64,000 nt of DNA from Bacteroidota bacterium (GCA_020832235.1 JAFIEZ010000003.1:5165-69164), one strand, 5' to 3'. Counted from the stretch's first letter, positions 9,749 through 21,098 are shown. Made by a program: numbers and translations. The notes: generated by a model not told the origin, from the letters alone.

Positions 9749-10439
9749 GACAAAAAAAATTCTTGTAGTGGAAGATGAACCAAGTCTGGTTTTTACACTG
9801 CAAGATACCCTGGAAAACGAGGGCTACGAAGTTCATATTTCTGAAACAGGCAGCGACGCTGTACAGCTGGTCCATGACATCAAACCGGATTTGATGATAC
9901 TGGATGTCATGCTTCCGGGAACCAGTGGTTTCGAAATATGTAAGCGCGTTCGTGAAGATAAGTTTACTTTCCCTATTATCATGCTTACCGCACGCGACCA
10001 GGAAATTGATAAGGTTACCGGTTTAAATATCGGTGCCGATGATTATATGACAAAGCCATTTGGTGTTAAGGAACTTTTGGCACGTATACAGGCCCGGTTG
10101 AGAAGAGCTAACTCGTACTCGAAAACAGGTCCTATGGATGTTATAACTCTTGGGCCTGCCAGAATAGAGTTAAACGAATCACTTGTAGTTCGCCCCGACG
10201 GGGAGTTTGAATTGACAACCAGAGAAGTAGAGTTAATCCGTTTTTTGGTGGCACAAGCTAATGAACCCGTCTCACGCGACACCTTACTTGAGCATGTATG
10301 GAGATACGAATACTCAACGAACACCCGAACGGTAGATGTTCATATTTCTAAGTTACGCTCGAAAATTGAAATGCAACCTGATGATCCCCGCTACCTGGTA
10401 ACACTGCATGGTGTTGGGTATATGCTAAAATTAAACTAA
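9738..10439 (+). CDS. OmpR/PhoB-family response regulator
   Basis: VVEDE, LDVMLPG, GADDYMTKPF and winged-helix TRTVDVHISKLR motifs; overlaps the kinase stop. Confidence 0.93.
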   Translation: MPAKTKKILVVEDEPSLVFTLQDTLENEGYEVHISETGSDAVQLVHDIKPDLMILDVMLPGTSGFEICKRVREDKFTFPIIMLTARDQEIDKVTGLNIGADDYMTKPFGVKELLARIQARLRRANSYSKTGPMDVITLGPARIELNESLVVRPDGEFELTTREVELIRFLVAQANEPVSRDTLLEHVWRYEYSTNTRTVDVHISKLRSKIEMQPDDPRYLVTLHGVGYMLKLN

Positions 10440-10440
10440 C

Positions 10441-10470
10441 AAAAAGGCAGCTGTTGAGGCTGCCTTTTTT
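10441..10470. terminator. Bidirectional intrinsic terminator
   Basis: AAAAAGGCAGC...GCTGCCTTTTTT between convergent genes. Confidence 0.75.
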
Positions 10471-10529
10471 GTTTATACCTGTCTTTAGTGGTTAGCCGGC
10501 TATCTCAGGCTTTCCTTGAGCGCGCTCTT

Positions 10530-11402
10530 CTAGTGATGGTCATGCTCCACAACACGATCAACAAGTAACATGTGAGGCATTGTAAGCAGGCTGATACCAA
10601 TGAGTACGTACATGACAGTACCCGGCTCGGCCAGTGACTGCCTGAACAGCACAATGATGCCTGCAATCCCTACCAAAGCCATAATCGTAAAGGGCATGGC
10701 ATTTAAAATGAGACTTTTCCAATCAGGTAGTTTTAAATACGAATTCAGCAGCTTTAGGTGATCCCAGCTGTGCCATAATGCGAAATAAAGACCAAAACTC
10801 AACAAGGGTGGCAGAAATGTAAACATCAATCCTGTGACGAATGTGTCGACAACATCAGAGAATGTTATTTTGGTAGTACCGATGAGTAATATGATAATAT
10901 GCTGGGCAACGAGTATCGCAATCAGATAGAAATACCAGTCGCCTGCGAACTGTAAGTAGCGTCCGACATCTGTGATAGGCTGAAGAATTGTCGCTACTTT
11001 TTCGTATTGACCAACGATCATAAGCCCAAGGAGAAAAACTCCGCGACTTAGGTATAAGACCTTATTCCAGGGCGCCCGTGCAATATCATGCATGTCCAGT
11101 TGCCCGAAATGATAACACGACATTAAAATAAACACACTAAGCCCTAAAAGTGGCGAAATAAGCCAAACTAAACCATATGCTGCTATAATCCCCATATATC
11201 CGGCCAGGAATAAAAACCACTTGCGCTTAGTGTCTTCCATATTAAAGTGCCGAAAGGCGGTAATATGGTCCAGGCCGCCGTGGAGCATGCCGATGCTAAT
11301 AATCGATAATACAAATAAGGGCAGCGCCAAGGCATCAACCAGGGCAGGAAATAACACCCATATAAACAACAGAAGACCTACTATTTGAATACGTATCGCC
11401 AT
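10530..11402 (-). CDS. blh: Brp/Blh beta-carotene 15,15'-dioxygenase
   Basis: Multi-TM protein with His motifs GMLHGGLDH, YHFGQ, WHSWDH and LTMPHM; adjacent to lycopene cyclase. Confidence 0.88.
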   Translation of the reverse strand: MAIRIQIVGLLLFIWVLFPALVDALALPLFVLSIISIGMLHGGLDHITAFRHFNMEDTKRKWFLFLAGYMGIIAAYGLVWLISPLLGLSVFILMSCYHFGQLDMHDIARAPWNKVLYLSRGVFLLGLMIVGQYEKVATILQPITDVGRYLQFAGDWYFYLIAILVAQHIIILLIGTTKITFSDVVDTFVTGLMFTFLPPLLSFGLYFALWHSWDHLKLLNSYLKLPDWKSLILNAMPFTIMALVGIAGIIVLFRQSLAEPGTVMYVLIGISLLTMPHMLLVDRVVEHDHH

Positions 11403-12529
11403 AATGCTTTTAGAAACGGTGATTTTGGTAGTTTCATAAATATGCCTGCCTCCGCTTGTAAGCTCGTATTTTCTCTCAAAAATTCAAATACGGTGTCTGG
11501 ATGAACCCGATTGAACAATTGATGAAATATTGGTATAGCAATGTGTGGATCGTTTTTCAGGATGTCTAAAAGCAGATCGTCATAAAACTTAAACCTAGGG
11601 TGTGTTTCCGGATATGCTGCAAGGCTACCACCCGACAGAATTTGCGAAAGATAAAACTCGGCCTGTTTATGCATTTTGAAAAAAGCATATCCGGTACTAG
11701 GCTTTACCATGCCTGAAACAGTACCGAGCGTAAACGTTTTTGGATTTAATTGGCGTTTGTATGGCCGTGTATCCATGGGTATAAGCCCTTCTTCCGTGTC
11801 ATATATCGTATACGATGTGTTGTGATTTTTAGCTAACCTGTTGAGATAGTCAAGGAACATCGTGTTATAATGCTCAGAAGAATATAGCGTTGGTGTAAAA
11901 GCAGTAATTTCAATTAATGCATCGCTACTGCTGTTGGGTAAGGTATAAGCGAAATGTACGGCAGATTCGACTTGAGGAACGTCGAAGTCCATCAGCATGA
12001 TTTCATTGGAATCAAAAATAGGTTTATCAAATCTTACCCATCCACCAGCAAATTGCTGATAAAAATCTGGCTTCCACGTGTCAGACCTGTCAATCTTTGC
12101 ACTACTAAAACAGTAATCTGCTATAATTATGCCATGATTAGTTGTGCTTATGTTAACTTTATCTGCAGTGGTATCGTAATTGATATCAGCCGCTGTGTCT
12201 TGGATACAGTTCACGTTTGGATGTCCGCTCATTTCAGCCCAAACCTGCTCTTGAAAACTTCGTCCCTTAACGCAGCGATAATTCAAGTTCTTCAAAGGTC
12301 TGTTTAATAAAACGTCGTTGTGCTGAACATTTATAGTGTCCCACAGCATATCGTGCTTAACAGTTGAGAGCTCGTCGGGTTTTCCCCAGAAGCACCACGT
12401 TTTACTAAAGGCAGACTCCGGATTTGGATCAATAATGGTTATAGTCCACTTTTTTAGCGGACTGTTCAGAAGCTGGTGCATGAAGGCTAATCCAGCGCCA
12501 CCTAACCCTATAAGAGCAATTGATACCAT
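11381..12529 (-). CDS. crtY: Lycopene beta-cyclase (CrtY family)
   Basis: GLGGAG FAD-binding start; KTWCFW, LMDFDVPQ, EEGLIPM and GMVKPSTGYAF motifs. Confidence 0.85.
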   Translation of the reverse strand: MVSIALIGLGGAGLAFMHQLLNSPLKKWTITIIDPNPESAFSKTWCFWGKPDELSTVKHDMLWDTINVQHNDVLLNRPLKNLNYRCVKGRSFQEQVWAEMSGHPNVNCIQDTAADINYDTTADKVNISTTNHGIIIADYCFSSAKIDRSDTWKPDFYQQFAGGWVRFDKPIFDSNEIMLMDFDVPQVESAVHFAYTLPNSSSDALIEITAFTPTLYSSEHYNTMFLDYLNRLAKNHNTSYTIYDTEEGLIPMDTRPYKRQLNPKTFTLGTVSGMVKPSTGYAFFKMHKQAEFYLSQILSGGSLAAYPETHPRFKFYDDLLLDILKNDPHIAIPIFHQLFNRVHPDTVFEFLRENTSLQAEAGIFMKLPKSPFLKALWRYVFK

Positions 12530-12585
12530 AAAGAAGTAAACTGAAAGGCATAACCGTTACGGCTAATCTGAATAGAATATACAGT

Positions 12586-13146
12586 TTAATCCAGATTTTG
12601 CTTAGGGAAGGTGTTGCCAACAAAGCTTATGAAATTTCGAACCTGTGATCGCAAAAGTTTTTCCTGCAATTCAGCATGCAGTCCTTTATCGTCAGAGAAT
12701 TGCTTGTGAAACTGTGCAATAAATACTCTTTCAGGGAATACATATGCATTGCGATAGCCTGCTACGTGCTGTGCTTGTTCCACGGCTCTTAAGGCTCCGA
12801 AACTTCCATTTGCCAAACCTACAAATGCAACAGGCATGCCGGAAAACGACTCTGGAAAAGGAAGGTAGTCAATGAAAAGCTTAAAAATACCGGGAAAAGA
12901 TCCGTTGTACTCGGGAATAACAAAGACAATGCCATCGTTATTCAAAATTGAATCGTTAAAAGCTTTAACCTCAGGAATATCTTTACCGTACTTCCCACCA
13001 ATTACCTTTTCTATAGGGAAGTCCTGCAGACTGATAACATCGGCCTTCGCGCCGTTTGATTCATATAGTGGTTTAAGATAGTTGGCAAATCGAAGGGTGT
13101 TGGAACCAGGTCGGTCTGTAGTGGCAACAATAGCAATGCGTTTCAT
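12586..13146 (-). CDS. NAD(P)H-dependent FMN reductase
   Basis: RPGSNT and PEYNGSFPGIFKLFID flavodoxin-like motifs. Confidence 0.88.
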   Translation of the reverse strand: MKRIAIVATTDRPGSNTLRFANYLKPLYESNGAKADVISLQDFPIEKVIGGKYGKDIPEVKAFNDSILNNDGIVFVIPEYNGSFPGIFKLFIDYLPFPESFSGMPVAFVGLANGSFGALRAVEQAQHVAGYRNAYVFPERVFIAQFHKQFSDDKGLHAELQEKLLRSQVRNFISFVGNTFPKQNLD

Positions 13147-13331
13147 TAAAATGGGTTTTGGAATAGTGCGGGTTTCATGTTACGCAAATGCCAACAGCTA
13201 TGCATGGCATAAGGTTCCGTGAATAACTCCACAGACTAGTCCAAATAGTCCTCATGTACTTTTTGTTAGTTAAAAAAAATTACCTAAATAAAAAGCGCTT
13301 TTCTGCCATAAACACATAAAATTATTAGGTT

Positions 13332-13363
13332 TATATTTGTATATGATTAAAAAATAGTTGACA
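13332..13363 (+). promoter_or_regulatory. Candidate amtB promoter elements
   Basis: TATATTTG (Bacteroidota-type -7 element) at 13332-13339 and TTGACA at 13358-13363 in an AT-rich divergent intergenic region. Confidence 0.4.
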
Positions 13364-13417
13364 AATGATTTAAATAAGCTCAAATTTGTCGTGTTCACTT
13401 AAACTCAAAGGTCAATT

Positions 13418-14842
13418 ATGATAAAATACTTAAAAACGTTAGTCGCCTTCGTGCTGCTTGTCTTTGCAGCACAGTATGTAACTGGTCAGGAAACTGAATT
13501 GGTTTCCGGAGAAATTCAGGTAATTGAAGTTTCTGTAATGGATGCAGCTCTGGAAGATGGAGCCGAACCAGCAGGCTATGCCACACTCGAAGAGTTTCAG
13601 GCATCGCCAGATTATGCTAAGTTCATGATTGATAATCTCTGGATATTAATGGCTGCAGCATTGGTATTCATCATGCACCTGGGTTTTGCCACCGTGGAGA
13701 GCGGATTTACCCAGGCCAAAAACTCGGTGAATGTGATTTACAAGAATGTGTTCATTCTCGCCACAGGAATCATTACCTATGCCATTGTTGGATTTCAGAT
13801 CATGTATCCCGGTGATTTTAACGGGTTCTTCGGATTTGGTGGCTTTGGTATAGGCTACGACCCAACAGATCCTGTGGGAATGTTAACACCCGCTTACGGA
13901 GAAGAAATGACCATATGGAGTGATTTCATTTTTCAGGCCATGTTTGCCGCCACCGCTGCTACCATTGTATCAGGATGTGTAACAGGGCGAATTAAACTTC
14001 CTGCATTTATGATATTCGGAGCCTTGCTCGTTGCTATTTCTTACCCAATTACGGGCAGCTGGCTATGGGGCGGAGGATGGTTAGATTCACTCGGGTTTTA
14101 TGACTTTGCCGGATCTACCCTCGTTCATGCTGTAGGCGGATTTGCCGGACTGGCGTGCGTATTGCTCTTGGGTGCACGTGCAGGTAAATACGAAGATGGT
14201 AAAGTAAATACCATTCCCGGTCATAACATCCCACTGGCAACGGTTGGTATCTTCCTGCTATGGTTCGGATGGTTTGGGTTCAATGGTGGCTCCGTTCTCA
14301 GCGCTGATCCTGCCGGGGTATCGTTTGTATTCGTAAACACAGCACTGGCTGCTGCTGCTGGTGCACTTGCTGCCATGGTAGCTACTTATGTAACCATGCA
14401 CAAACTTGATGCACCCATGGCTTTGAACGGTATTCTTGCCGGACTCGTCGGTATTACAGCGGGCGCAGATGTTGTCTCACCTAATGCGGCGATGATGATT
14501 GGTTTGCTTGCCGGTGTGTTGGTCGTATTATCTATCACGATGTTCGACAAACTTCGTATCGATGATCCGGTTGGCGCCATTTCCGTCCACGGTATTTGCG
14601 GGGTCTGGGGTACACTTGCGGTAGGAATTTTTGCCACTGAGTTCAGTTTTGTTACGCAACTCATCGGTACGCTGTCCGTGGTAGGTTTTACATTCCTATT
14701 CTCGTTCATCGTATTTGCCATCCTCAAATTTACAATGGGTGTACGTGTGAGTCCTGAAGTGGAACTTGGCGGTCTTGACCTTGAGGAGCATGGAAATAAT
14801 GCATATCCAAGTTTTGCCGGTGTCGAACTATTGTCTAAGTAA
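13418..14842 (+). CDS. amtB: Ammonium transporter
   Basis: FQAMFAATAATIVSG, DFAGSTLVH, LWFGWFGFNGGS and DDPVGAISVHG motifs (twin His present). Confidence 0.95.
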   Translation: MIKYLKTLVAFVLLVFAAQYVTGQETELVSGEIQVIEVSVMDAALEDGAEPAGYATLEEFQASPDYAKFMIDNLWILMAAALVFIMHLGFATVESGFTQAKNSVNVIYKNVFILATGIITYAIVGFQIMYPGDFNGFFGFGGFGIGYDPTDPVGMLTPAYGEEMTIWSDFIFQAMFAATAATIVSGCVTGRIKLPAFMIFGALLVAISYPITGSWLWGGGWLDSLGFYDFAGSTLVHAVGGFAGLACVLLLGARAGKYEDGKVNTIPGHNIPLATVGIFLLWFGWFGFNGGSVLSADPAGVSFVFVNTALAAAAGALAAMVATYVTMHKLDAPMALNGILAGLVGITAGADVVSPNAAMMIGLLAGVLVVLSITMFDKLRIDDPVGAISVHGICGVWGTLAVGIFATEFSFVTQLIGTLSVVGFTFLFSFIVFAILKFTMGVRVSPEVELGGLDLEEHGNNAYPSFAGVELLSK

Positions 14843-14852
14843 AAGTAATTCG

Positions 14853-14886
14853 GGAGAGAGGTTGCCGTTGCCTCTCTCCACTTTTT
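14853..14886 (+). terminator. Hairpin/terminator between amtB and the barrel gene
   Basis: GGAGAGAGG...CCTCTCTCC 9-bp stem followed by ACTTTTT. Confidence 0.5.
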
Positions 14887-14922
14887 AGGGGTCTGGTCGG
14901 TAAACAATTAAATAACAAGGTT

Positions 14923-15594
14923 ATGAAAACAAAACAACGATTTGGTTTGGGACTGCTTGCGTTACTTACATTTGTAGCGTTGCCTGTTTATGCACAGGTT
15001 GATTTAGGGGTAGATATTAACAGCAGGTATGTGTGGAGGGGAACGGACTTTGGCTCATCACCATCCATTCAGCCTGAAATTAGTTATACCGTTGGGAATT
15101 TGACCATTGGTACATGGGCCGCATTCGCAACAAATGGAAACCCTGCCGGTAGTGAAATCGATTTCTTCGCATCCTACGAAATTGAAACAAAGGCTGGGAG
15201 CTTTGAGCTTATTGTTACGGATTACACCTTTCCAGAAGATCCATCCGGACAATACTTTTCAGTATCATCGCATTTCGTAGAGCTGGGTGTAGGATACTCC
15301 GGTACAGAAAGCCTGCCGCTTACCCTGTTTACTGGTGTGTTCGTAACCAACGACGATGATTACTCGATATACACCGAGCTTGGCTACAGTTTTTCGAATG
15401 TTGATTTATCGCTCGGTTTCACTCCTGGGGCCTCAGCCATGTATGGCACAAACAAAGCAGGAATTGTTTCAGCCGGGCTTGGAACTTCACGAGAGGTACA
15501 GCTCTCTGATTCTTTCAGTATCACACTAAGCGGACAGTTACTATTTAATCCCTATCAGGAGGACGCCTACTTCCTGTTTGGTTTCAGTTTCTGA
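14923..15594 (+). CDS. Outer-membrane beta-barrel protein (TorF/Gcw_chp-like)
   Basis: Signal peptide; SRYVWRG and SEIDF motifs; alternating beta pattern; C-terminal Phe. Confidence 0.75.
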   Translation: MKTKQRFGLGLLALLTFVALPVYAQVDLGVDINSRYVWRGTDFGSSPSIQPEISYTVGNLTIGTWAAFATNGNPAGSEIDFFASYEIETKAGSFELIVTDYTFPEDPSGQYFSVSSHFVELGVGYSGTESLPLTLFTGVFVTNDDDYSIYTELGYSFSNVDLSLGFTPGASAMYGTNKAGIVSAGLGTSREVQLSDSFSITLSGQLLFNPYQEDAYFLFGFSF

Positions 15595-15649
15595 TAAAGC
15601 GCACTTTTTTACTCTGGCGAAGACAGAGGCTGGTCGCAAGCCTCAACAT

Positions 15650-15685
15650 AAAGCCCCCTTGTTTGATCACTTGGGGGCTTTTTTT
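15650..15685. terminator. Bidirectional terminator
   Basis: AAAGCCCCC...GGGGGCTTTTTTT between convergent genes. Confidence 0.7.
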
Positions 15686-17042
15686 ATTTGCCAAAAGCTT
15701 CTTTGATTTTCATGAGACGATCCCATAAAGCCTTTTCTCTGCCCTGATCTCCCGGGTTAAACCACCTCTTCTGTTCAATGTCATCAGGAAGGTATTGTTG
15801 TTTGACCCAGTGATAAGGATGATCATGCGGGTATTTGTATGCTTTTGATGGGTTTTCTTGTCCGGTATAGCGCGATTGTTTCCCGCTGGCTGTTCTATCT
15901 CGCAGATGAGGCGGCACCGATGCTGTACCTCTCGACTTAACCTGCGAAACAACCTCGAATATGGCTTTTGTACTGTTACTTTTGGGCGCCATAGCCAGAT
16001 AAATACAAGCATGGGCCAGAAAGTATAATCCCTCCGGCATGCCCGTTCTTTCAAAGGCATCCTGAGCCGATACCGTGAAACTAAGCGCAAACGAATCGGC
16101 CATGCCGACATCTTCGGAAGCAAAAATGAGCATACGACGAAATATGAACATCGGGTCTTCGCCACCCTCCAGCATGGAAGCCATCCAATACAGGGCCGCA
16201 TCCACATCAGAACCGCGTAATGATTTAATAAAGGCTGAGGCATAATGGTAGTGTTCATCGCCGGTTCCGTCGTACCGCACTACCCGTTTTTGTATGGATT
16301 CCTGTGCAATTTCGATGGTAATATGGCGGTCGCCGTCTGGTGTTGGTCCCAGCGTTCTGGTAGCCATATCCAGGGCATTTAAGGCATTGCGGATGTCGCC
16401 GGAGGCGTAAGAAGCGAAGTGTTCCAGAGCATCTTCATCAATACGGACGTTGAAATGCCCCAGTCCCCGATCTTTGTCGTTGAGGGCACGTTGAAGCAAC
16501 AGTTTGATGTCGTCTGTGGTGAAAGGCTCGAGTTCGAAAATCTGACAGCGAGACAGCAACGGTCCTACCAGCGAATAATATGGATTCTCGGTTGTAGCTC
16601 CTATGAGAGTGAGCAAGCCAGACTCTATATGGGGTAGAAGGGCATCTTGCTGGGCTTTATTCCAGCGATGGATTTCATCTACGAATAATATTGTCGGTCG
16701 ATGGTGTAGCTTTTGGTGATGCTCGGCCTGAGCAACAGCCGTTCGGAGCTCCTTAACGCCATCTAGCACGGCATTGAGCGTCATGAAACGGGCATCCATC
16801 TCTCGTGAAATAACCAGCGCAAGGGTTGTTTTGCCGCTGCTCGGAGGACCATGAAAAATCATGGATCCAATCATTTTACTTTCAACAGCCCGCCGAAGCA
16901 GCTTGCCGGGACCAAGCAAATGCTGCTGACCAACATACTCTTCCACATTTTGCGGACGCATGCGGGTTGCAAGAGGCTCAAAGGCGCCGCTTTGTCCTGT
17001 TCCGGATTCTGGAGTGGGGGATGGGTCGTCGAACAAACTCAC
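15684..17042 (-). CDS. rarA: Replication-associated recombination protein A (RarA/MgsA AAA+ ATPase)
   Basis: PLATRMRP, Walker [42 protein letters not shown] and ASEDVG motifs. GTG start overlaps the upstream TAG (TAGTG). Confidence 0.93.
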   Translation of the reverse strand: MSLFDDPSPTPESGTGQSGAFEPLATRMRPQNVEEYVGQQHLLGPGKLLRRAVESKMIGSMIFHGPPSSGKTTLALVISREMDARFMTLNAVLDGVKELRTAVAQAEHHQKLHHRPTILFVDEIHRWNKAQQDALLPHIESGLLTLIGATTENPYYSLVGPLLSRCQIFELEPFTTDDIKLLLQRALNDKDRGLGHFNVRIDEDALEHFASYASGDIRNALNALDMATRTLGPTPDGDRHITIEIAQESIQKRVVRYDGTGDEHYHYASAFIKSLRGSDVDAALYWMASMLEGGEDPMFIFRRMLIFASEDVGMADSFALSFTVSAQDAFERTGMPEGLYFLAHACIYLAMAPKSNSTKAIFEVVSQVKSRGTASVPPHLRDRTASGKQSRYTGQENPSKAYKYPHDHPYHWVKQQYLPDDIEQKRWFNPGDQGREKALWDRLMKIKEAFGK

Positions 17043-18592
17043 TACAGTGGTAGGTTATCGTGTTTTTTACGTGGTACGGTATCTACCTTATGTTGAATCA
17101 CCTCCATAACCCGAATCAATTTCTTTCGTGTCTCATGAGGATAGATCACTTCATCAACGTATCCATGTGCCGCAGCGCGGTAGGGATTTGCAAAGGCTTC
17201 TTCGTAGCTGGCTTCCAGTTCGGCTTGTTTAGCGGCAGGGTCATCTGCCTGGGCAATCTCCTTACGGAAAATGATTTCGACGGCACCTTTGGTTCCCATC
17301 ACCGCAATTTCAGCGGTAGGCCAGGCTACGTTATAGTCGGCGCGGATGTGCTTAGAATTCATTACGTCATACGCTCCTCCGTAGGCTTTACGCGTGATAA
17401 TGGTAACCTTTGGCACCGTAGCCTCACAGAATGCGTATAGTAGCTTGGCGCCGTGTTTAATGATGCCTCCCCATTCCTGGTCGGTGCCGGGTAGAAATCC
17501 GGGAACATCTTCAAAAACAACCAAAGGAATGTTAAATGCATCGCAAAATCGCACAAACCGAGCTCCTTTGATGGATGCGTTAATATCGAGACAGCCTGCC
17601 AAAGATAGGGGCTGGTTGGCCACAATGCCTACAGAGCGACCATCCAACCGGGCGAATCCAACGACAATATTTTCGGCATACTGCTCGTGTACTTCCATGA
17701 ACGAATTGGCATCAACAATACCCTCAATTACATCTTTGATATCATACGGTTTATTGGCGTTATCGGGTACCAGCGAGTCGAGCGCTTCTGCTTTGGATGT
17801 CTCGGGTTCCGCCGGGCTGGCGGAAGGAGGTTTTTCCTCACAGTTCAATGGTAAATACGAGTACAGCCGTCTCAATTGCATCAGACATTCAGCATCATTA
17901 TCACTCGTGAAATGGCACACTCCCGACTTGGTACTGTGTGCAGAGGCTCCTCCAAGGTCTTCGCTGCTGACTTCCTCATGGGTTACTGTTTTTACTACAT
18001 TGGGACCGGTTACAAACATGAAACTGGTGTCCTGCACCATAAAGATGAAATCCGTAATAGCAGGGGAGTACACCGCACCACCGGCGCAAGGACCCATTAC
18101 CGCGCTGAGTTGTGGAATTACTCCAGAGGCCATGCTATTTCGCCAGAATACCTCGGCATAACCCCCGAGCGAGACCACACCTTCCTGAATCCGCGCACCA
18201 CCGGAGTCGTTTAGCCCAATCACAGGAATTCCGTTTTTTACAGCCAAATCCATAATCTTACATATTTTTTCGGCGTGGGTTTCCGACAGGGACCCTCCAA
18301 GGACGGTGAAATCCTGACTGTAAACATAAACCGGTCTTCCGTCGATTTTTCCAAAACCTGTCACTACGCCATCGCCGGGGAATTGCTGTTTATCCAACCC
18401 GAAATCTTTACTCCGATGCTGCACAAATGCTCCGATTTCCTCAAAAGATCCCTTATCCAACAGGATGTTTATTCTCTCACGGGCGGTAAGTTTGCCACTA
18501 TCATGTTGTTTTTTAACGCGCTCAGGACCGCCGCCCGCTTGCGATTTCATTCGCATTTCTTCGAGCGCATTGAATTTCTCTTGTAATGACAT
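17042..18592 (-). CDS. pccB: Acyl-CoA carboxylase carboxyltransferase beta subunit (PccB/MmdA type)
   Basis: [38 protein letters not shown] and [11 protein letters not shown] motifs. Confidence 0.88.
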   Translation of the reverse strand: MSLQEKFNALEEMRMKSQAGGGPERVKKQHDSGKLTARERINILLDKGSFEEIGAFVQHRSKDFGLDKQQFPGDGVVTGFGKIDGRPVYVYSQDFTVLGGSLSETHAEKICKIMDLAVKNGIPVIGLNDSGGARIQEGVVSLGGYAEVFWRNSMASGVIPQLSAVMGPCAGGAVYSPAITDFIFMVQDTSFMFVTGPNVVKTVTHEEVSSEDLGGASAHSTKSGVCHFTSDNDAECLMQLRRLYSYLPLNCEEKPPSASPAEPETSKAEALDSLVPDNANKPYDIKDVIEGIVDANSFMEVHEQYAENIVVGFARLDGRSVGIVANQPLSLAGCLDINASIKGARFVRFCDAFNIPLVVFEDVPGFLPGTDQEWGGIIKHGAKLLYAFCEATVPKVTIITRKAYGGAYDVMNSKHIRADYNVAWPTAEIAVMGTKGAVEIIFRKEIAQADDPAAKQAELEASYEEAFANPYRAAAHGYVDEVIYPHETRKKLIRVMEVIQHKVDTVPRKKHDNLPL

Positions 18593-18603
18593 AGGGATGT
18601 AAT

Positions 18604-20373
18604 TTATGCGTTTTTTTCTTCGAAATACTGCTGGAGGAGGTCTACAAACAATACAGCTTCACCTGAATACATATCAATTTCCAAGGGTATAAAAACCTCT
18701 CTGGTCAGGTATTGACCCGCCTGCCTCCAGTTCTCATGCGTCGCAATGGTATTCAATGTTTGGTAAAAGTGTTTTGTATCTGCCTTGAAAAGCACATCCA
18801 ATATGATATCTGCATGTGCATCCAGCCGGTTTACAAGTACTCTTGCTTCGGTGGTTAACACAGGGAAATCTGAAGATGGGGCACCAGGTCCCGTGTGATC
18901 AACTGAATCTCCTTCGGGCTCATACACAGTATCATCTGACTGATCTGCATTCAAAAATCGTTGCCAAATTGGCACAGAGTCGTTGTATTCTTCAGGATCC
19001 GTTTCTTCAGAAGCATCATCCTGGGATGTATCTGCAGTGCCGGTGGGGAAATCGTCGTCGGTTATTTCAGTTTGATGTGCGTAAGCTGCAAGGGGATCAT
19101 TAGAAGTATCCTCGATATCATCATCATCATCCGGTAAATCGAAAGGGTTCTTATAATCCGACTGACTGCTCGGCTCGTCCTCTGGCTGAGCATAAGTGTT
19201 TAATATACTCTCCGTATTTTCACGATCAATCTGCTCAGAAGCAGAATCATCTAATGGTAAATTGAAAGGATTATCATATTCATCTTCAACGGAGTCTTCC
19301 TTTAACACTGGATCTGTTTGCGGGTCGTCTTCGCTGGCAAGGGAAGCAAAAAAGTCTTCGCCGGTACGTCTGTCGTTTGGGAGTAACTCATCTTCTGACT
19401 CACTATTGTTGTCAGTTGGATTTTCTTGGGACTGAACAGAGGCAGCTTCCTCGTCGTGCGTAATGTCTGAAATGGCAGACGAGTGTTTCTGTTCTTCTGA
19501 CACAGGTTCAACTTGCTCGACATGCTGATCAAATATGGAAGTCTCTACACTCTCGCTATTGGGCTGGTCATATGCTGCGGCAGTAGTTTCCGGATTTTCT
19601 TTAATCGTATTTTTATCGCCTGTACTGAATGTGTCGGGCTCTTCGTCATCCCAGTTGAGGTCGGGCATGGATAAGTATTCAATGAGCCTGCTGCGGCTGA
19701 GTTCCTCGTCGGCATTATCTATACGATTGGCAATATCAGCCAGTCCTTTGTCTGCAAAATAGCGTGAAATCAGCGCTGACGGAACTAAAGGTCCCATTAG
19801 AATGTAGCAAACGTCCAGGGCTTGAGCCCACTTTAGCGGGGAATATCCGGCTGCCAGATGCTGGTCAATTTGACGGATGATGTTGGCCGCCTTTAAGCGT
19901 TTTATACCCTGCATATTTCTGCGTTGCATATAACGGATGATAGCATCAGCCAGGTGACCGTTAAGAACAATCCAGGGGCGGCGGGCATGCAGCTCCAGAA
20001 TGGAAACCTCGTCTTCATTTCGAAACAGGGTATCGAGCACGTAGCGCTCGGGCTCTGCCAGAAGTTCAAGAATATCTTCTACCGCATTTTCAACCACCGA
20101 TTGAAGATAGCTGTCGGGAATACGTGTTTCGGCATGGATAGCTTCCAGAAAATTATCCCATGCATCTTGAACCGGATCGGCCTGCATATCGGCCCAGTCG
20201 CTGTCTGGAAGGGTTACCGATTCGGCTAGATTTCGTTGGAGTTCTAGTTCGATACGTTTAACAACAAAATCAGGGAAGCCGGCATCCAGCAATTCTTGTG
20301 GGGTGTAGTGTAACTGCTGATCGGTTAAGCGTGTGAGCAGGCTGTGGGTAACGGAACGAATATATTGTTGCAT
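18604..20373 (-). CDS. Hypothetical protein with long acidic low-complexity central region
   Basis: 589 aa ORF co-oriented with pccB (11-nt gap); helical-looking N- and C-termini; D/E/P/S-rich middle. Confidence 0.75.
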   Translation of the reverse strand: MQQYIRSVTHSLLTRLTDQQLHYTPQELLDAGFPDFVVKRIELELQRNLAESVTLPDSDWADMQADPVQDAWDNFLEAIHAETRIPDSYLQSVVENAVEDILELLAEPERYVLDTLFRNEDEVSILELHARRPWIVLNGHLADAIIRYMQRRNMQGIKRLKAANIIRQIDQHLAAGYSPLKWAQALDVCYILMGPLVPSALISRYFADKGLADIANRIDNADEELSRSRLIEYLSMPDLNWDDEEPDTFSTGDKNTIKENPETTAAAYDQPNSESVETSIFDQHVEQVEPVSEEQKHSSAISDITHDEEAASVQSQENPTDNNSESEDELLPNDRRTGEDFFASLASEDDPQTDPVLKEDSVEDEYDNPFNLPLDDSASEQIDRENTESILNTYAQPEDEPSSQSDYKNPFDLPDDDDDIEDTSNDPLAAYAHQTEITDDDFPTGTADTSQDDASEETDPEEYNDSVPIWQRFLNADQSDDTVYEPEGDSVDHTGPGAPSSDFPVLTTEARVLVNRLDAHADIILDVLFKADTKHFYQTLNTIATHENWRQAGQYLTREVFIPLEIDMYSGEAVLFVDLLQQYFEEKNA

Positions 20374-20478
20374 AGTGTGATTTATTTTAGCTGAAATATA
20401 GGTTTAGCACACCCGCCAATCAAACGTAAAGGTGGCTAAAAAGATTTTGCATTGCCCAACGATTCCGTACTTTTGGTT

Positions 20479-21096
20479 ATGATTAAATTAACGGTTGCCG
20501 AACTTGGCAAACACTTCGGATTTCGATGGATCTTCCGCGACGTTTCCATCGCACAGGAGGGAGGAGTACTGGGTATTGCCGGACTCAATGGATCGGGGAA
20601 ATCTACTCTCATGAGGTGTCTTGCATCGCTCAATGCCCCCGATCGTGGCAGGGTTACCTGGTATGATGATGCCATCGAGCTGAAACGTTCAATGCTTCGA
20701 GACGTTTCGGGCTATGCCGCGCCCTATGTGCAGCTGTATGGTGAACTGACATGCGCTGAGAATCTGGATTTTATTTTAACCTCGAGGGGTTTGGAAAATA
20801 ATAGCGAGCGCATAACGTCTTTTATGCAGCGCGCCGGTATTTCAGCTAAACAGCACGCCTTGTATAAGTCACTATCCAGCGGACAACAGCAGCGATGTAA
20901 GCTGATTGCCTCTATGATTCACAAGCCACGCATCTTATTTCTGGACGAACCTGGAACGAACCTGGATACACCAGGTATTCAATTTATCCGTGAGCTGGTG
21001 GATGAACGCCGCACGGCGGACTTTACCGTTATTGCGAGTAACGATTCCCGCGAACTGGATCTATGTGATTCTGTATTTACGATTTTAACAAATTAA
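20479..21096 (+). CDS. ABC ATP-binding protein (CcmA-like)
   Basis: GLNGSGKST Walker A, LSSGQQQR signature, LFLDEP Walker B. Start placed at MIKLTV. Confidence 0.82.
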   Translation: MIKLTVAELGKHFGFRWIFRDVSIAQEGGVLGIAGLNGSGKSTLMRCLASLNAPDRGRVTWYDDAIELKRSMLRDVSGYAAPYVQLYGELTCAENLDFILTSRGLENNSERITSFMQRAGISAKQHALYKSLSSGQQQRCKLIASMIHKPRILFLDEPGTNLDTPGIQFIRELVDERRTADFTVIASNDSRELDLCDSVFTILTN

Positions 21097-21098
21097 AC

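Noticed and set aside
17394-18161. 255-aa + strand ORF and many other antisense ORFs in the track (e.g. 8489-9145, 14386-14907, 40042-40617)
   Set aside because: They lie fully opposite well-conserved genes and show no recognisable motifs; they are shadow ORFs.
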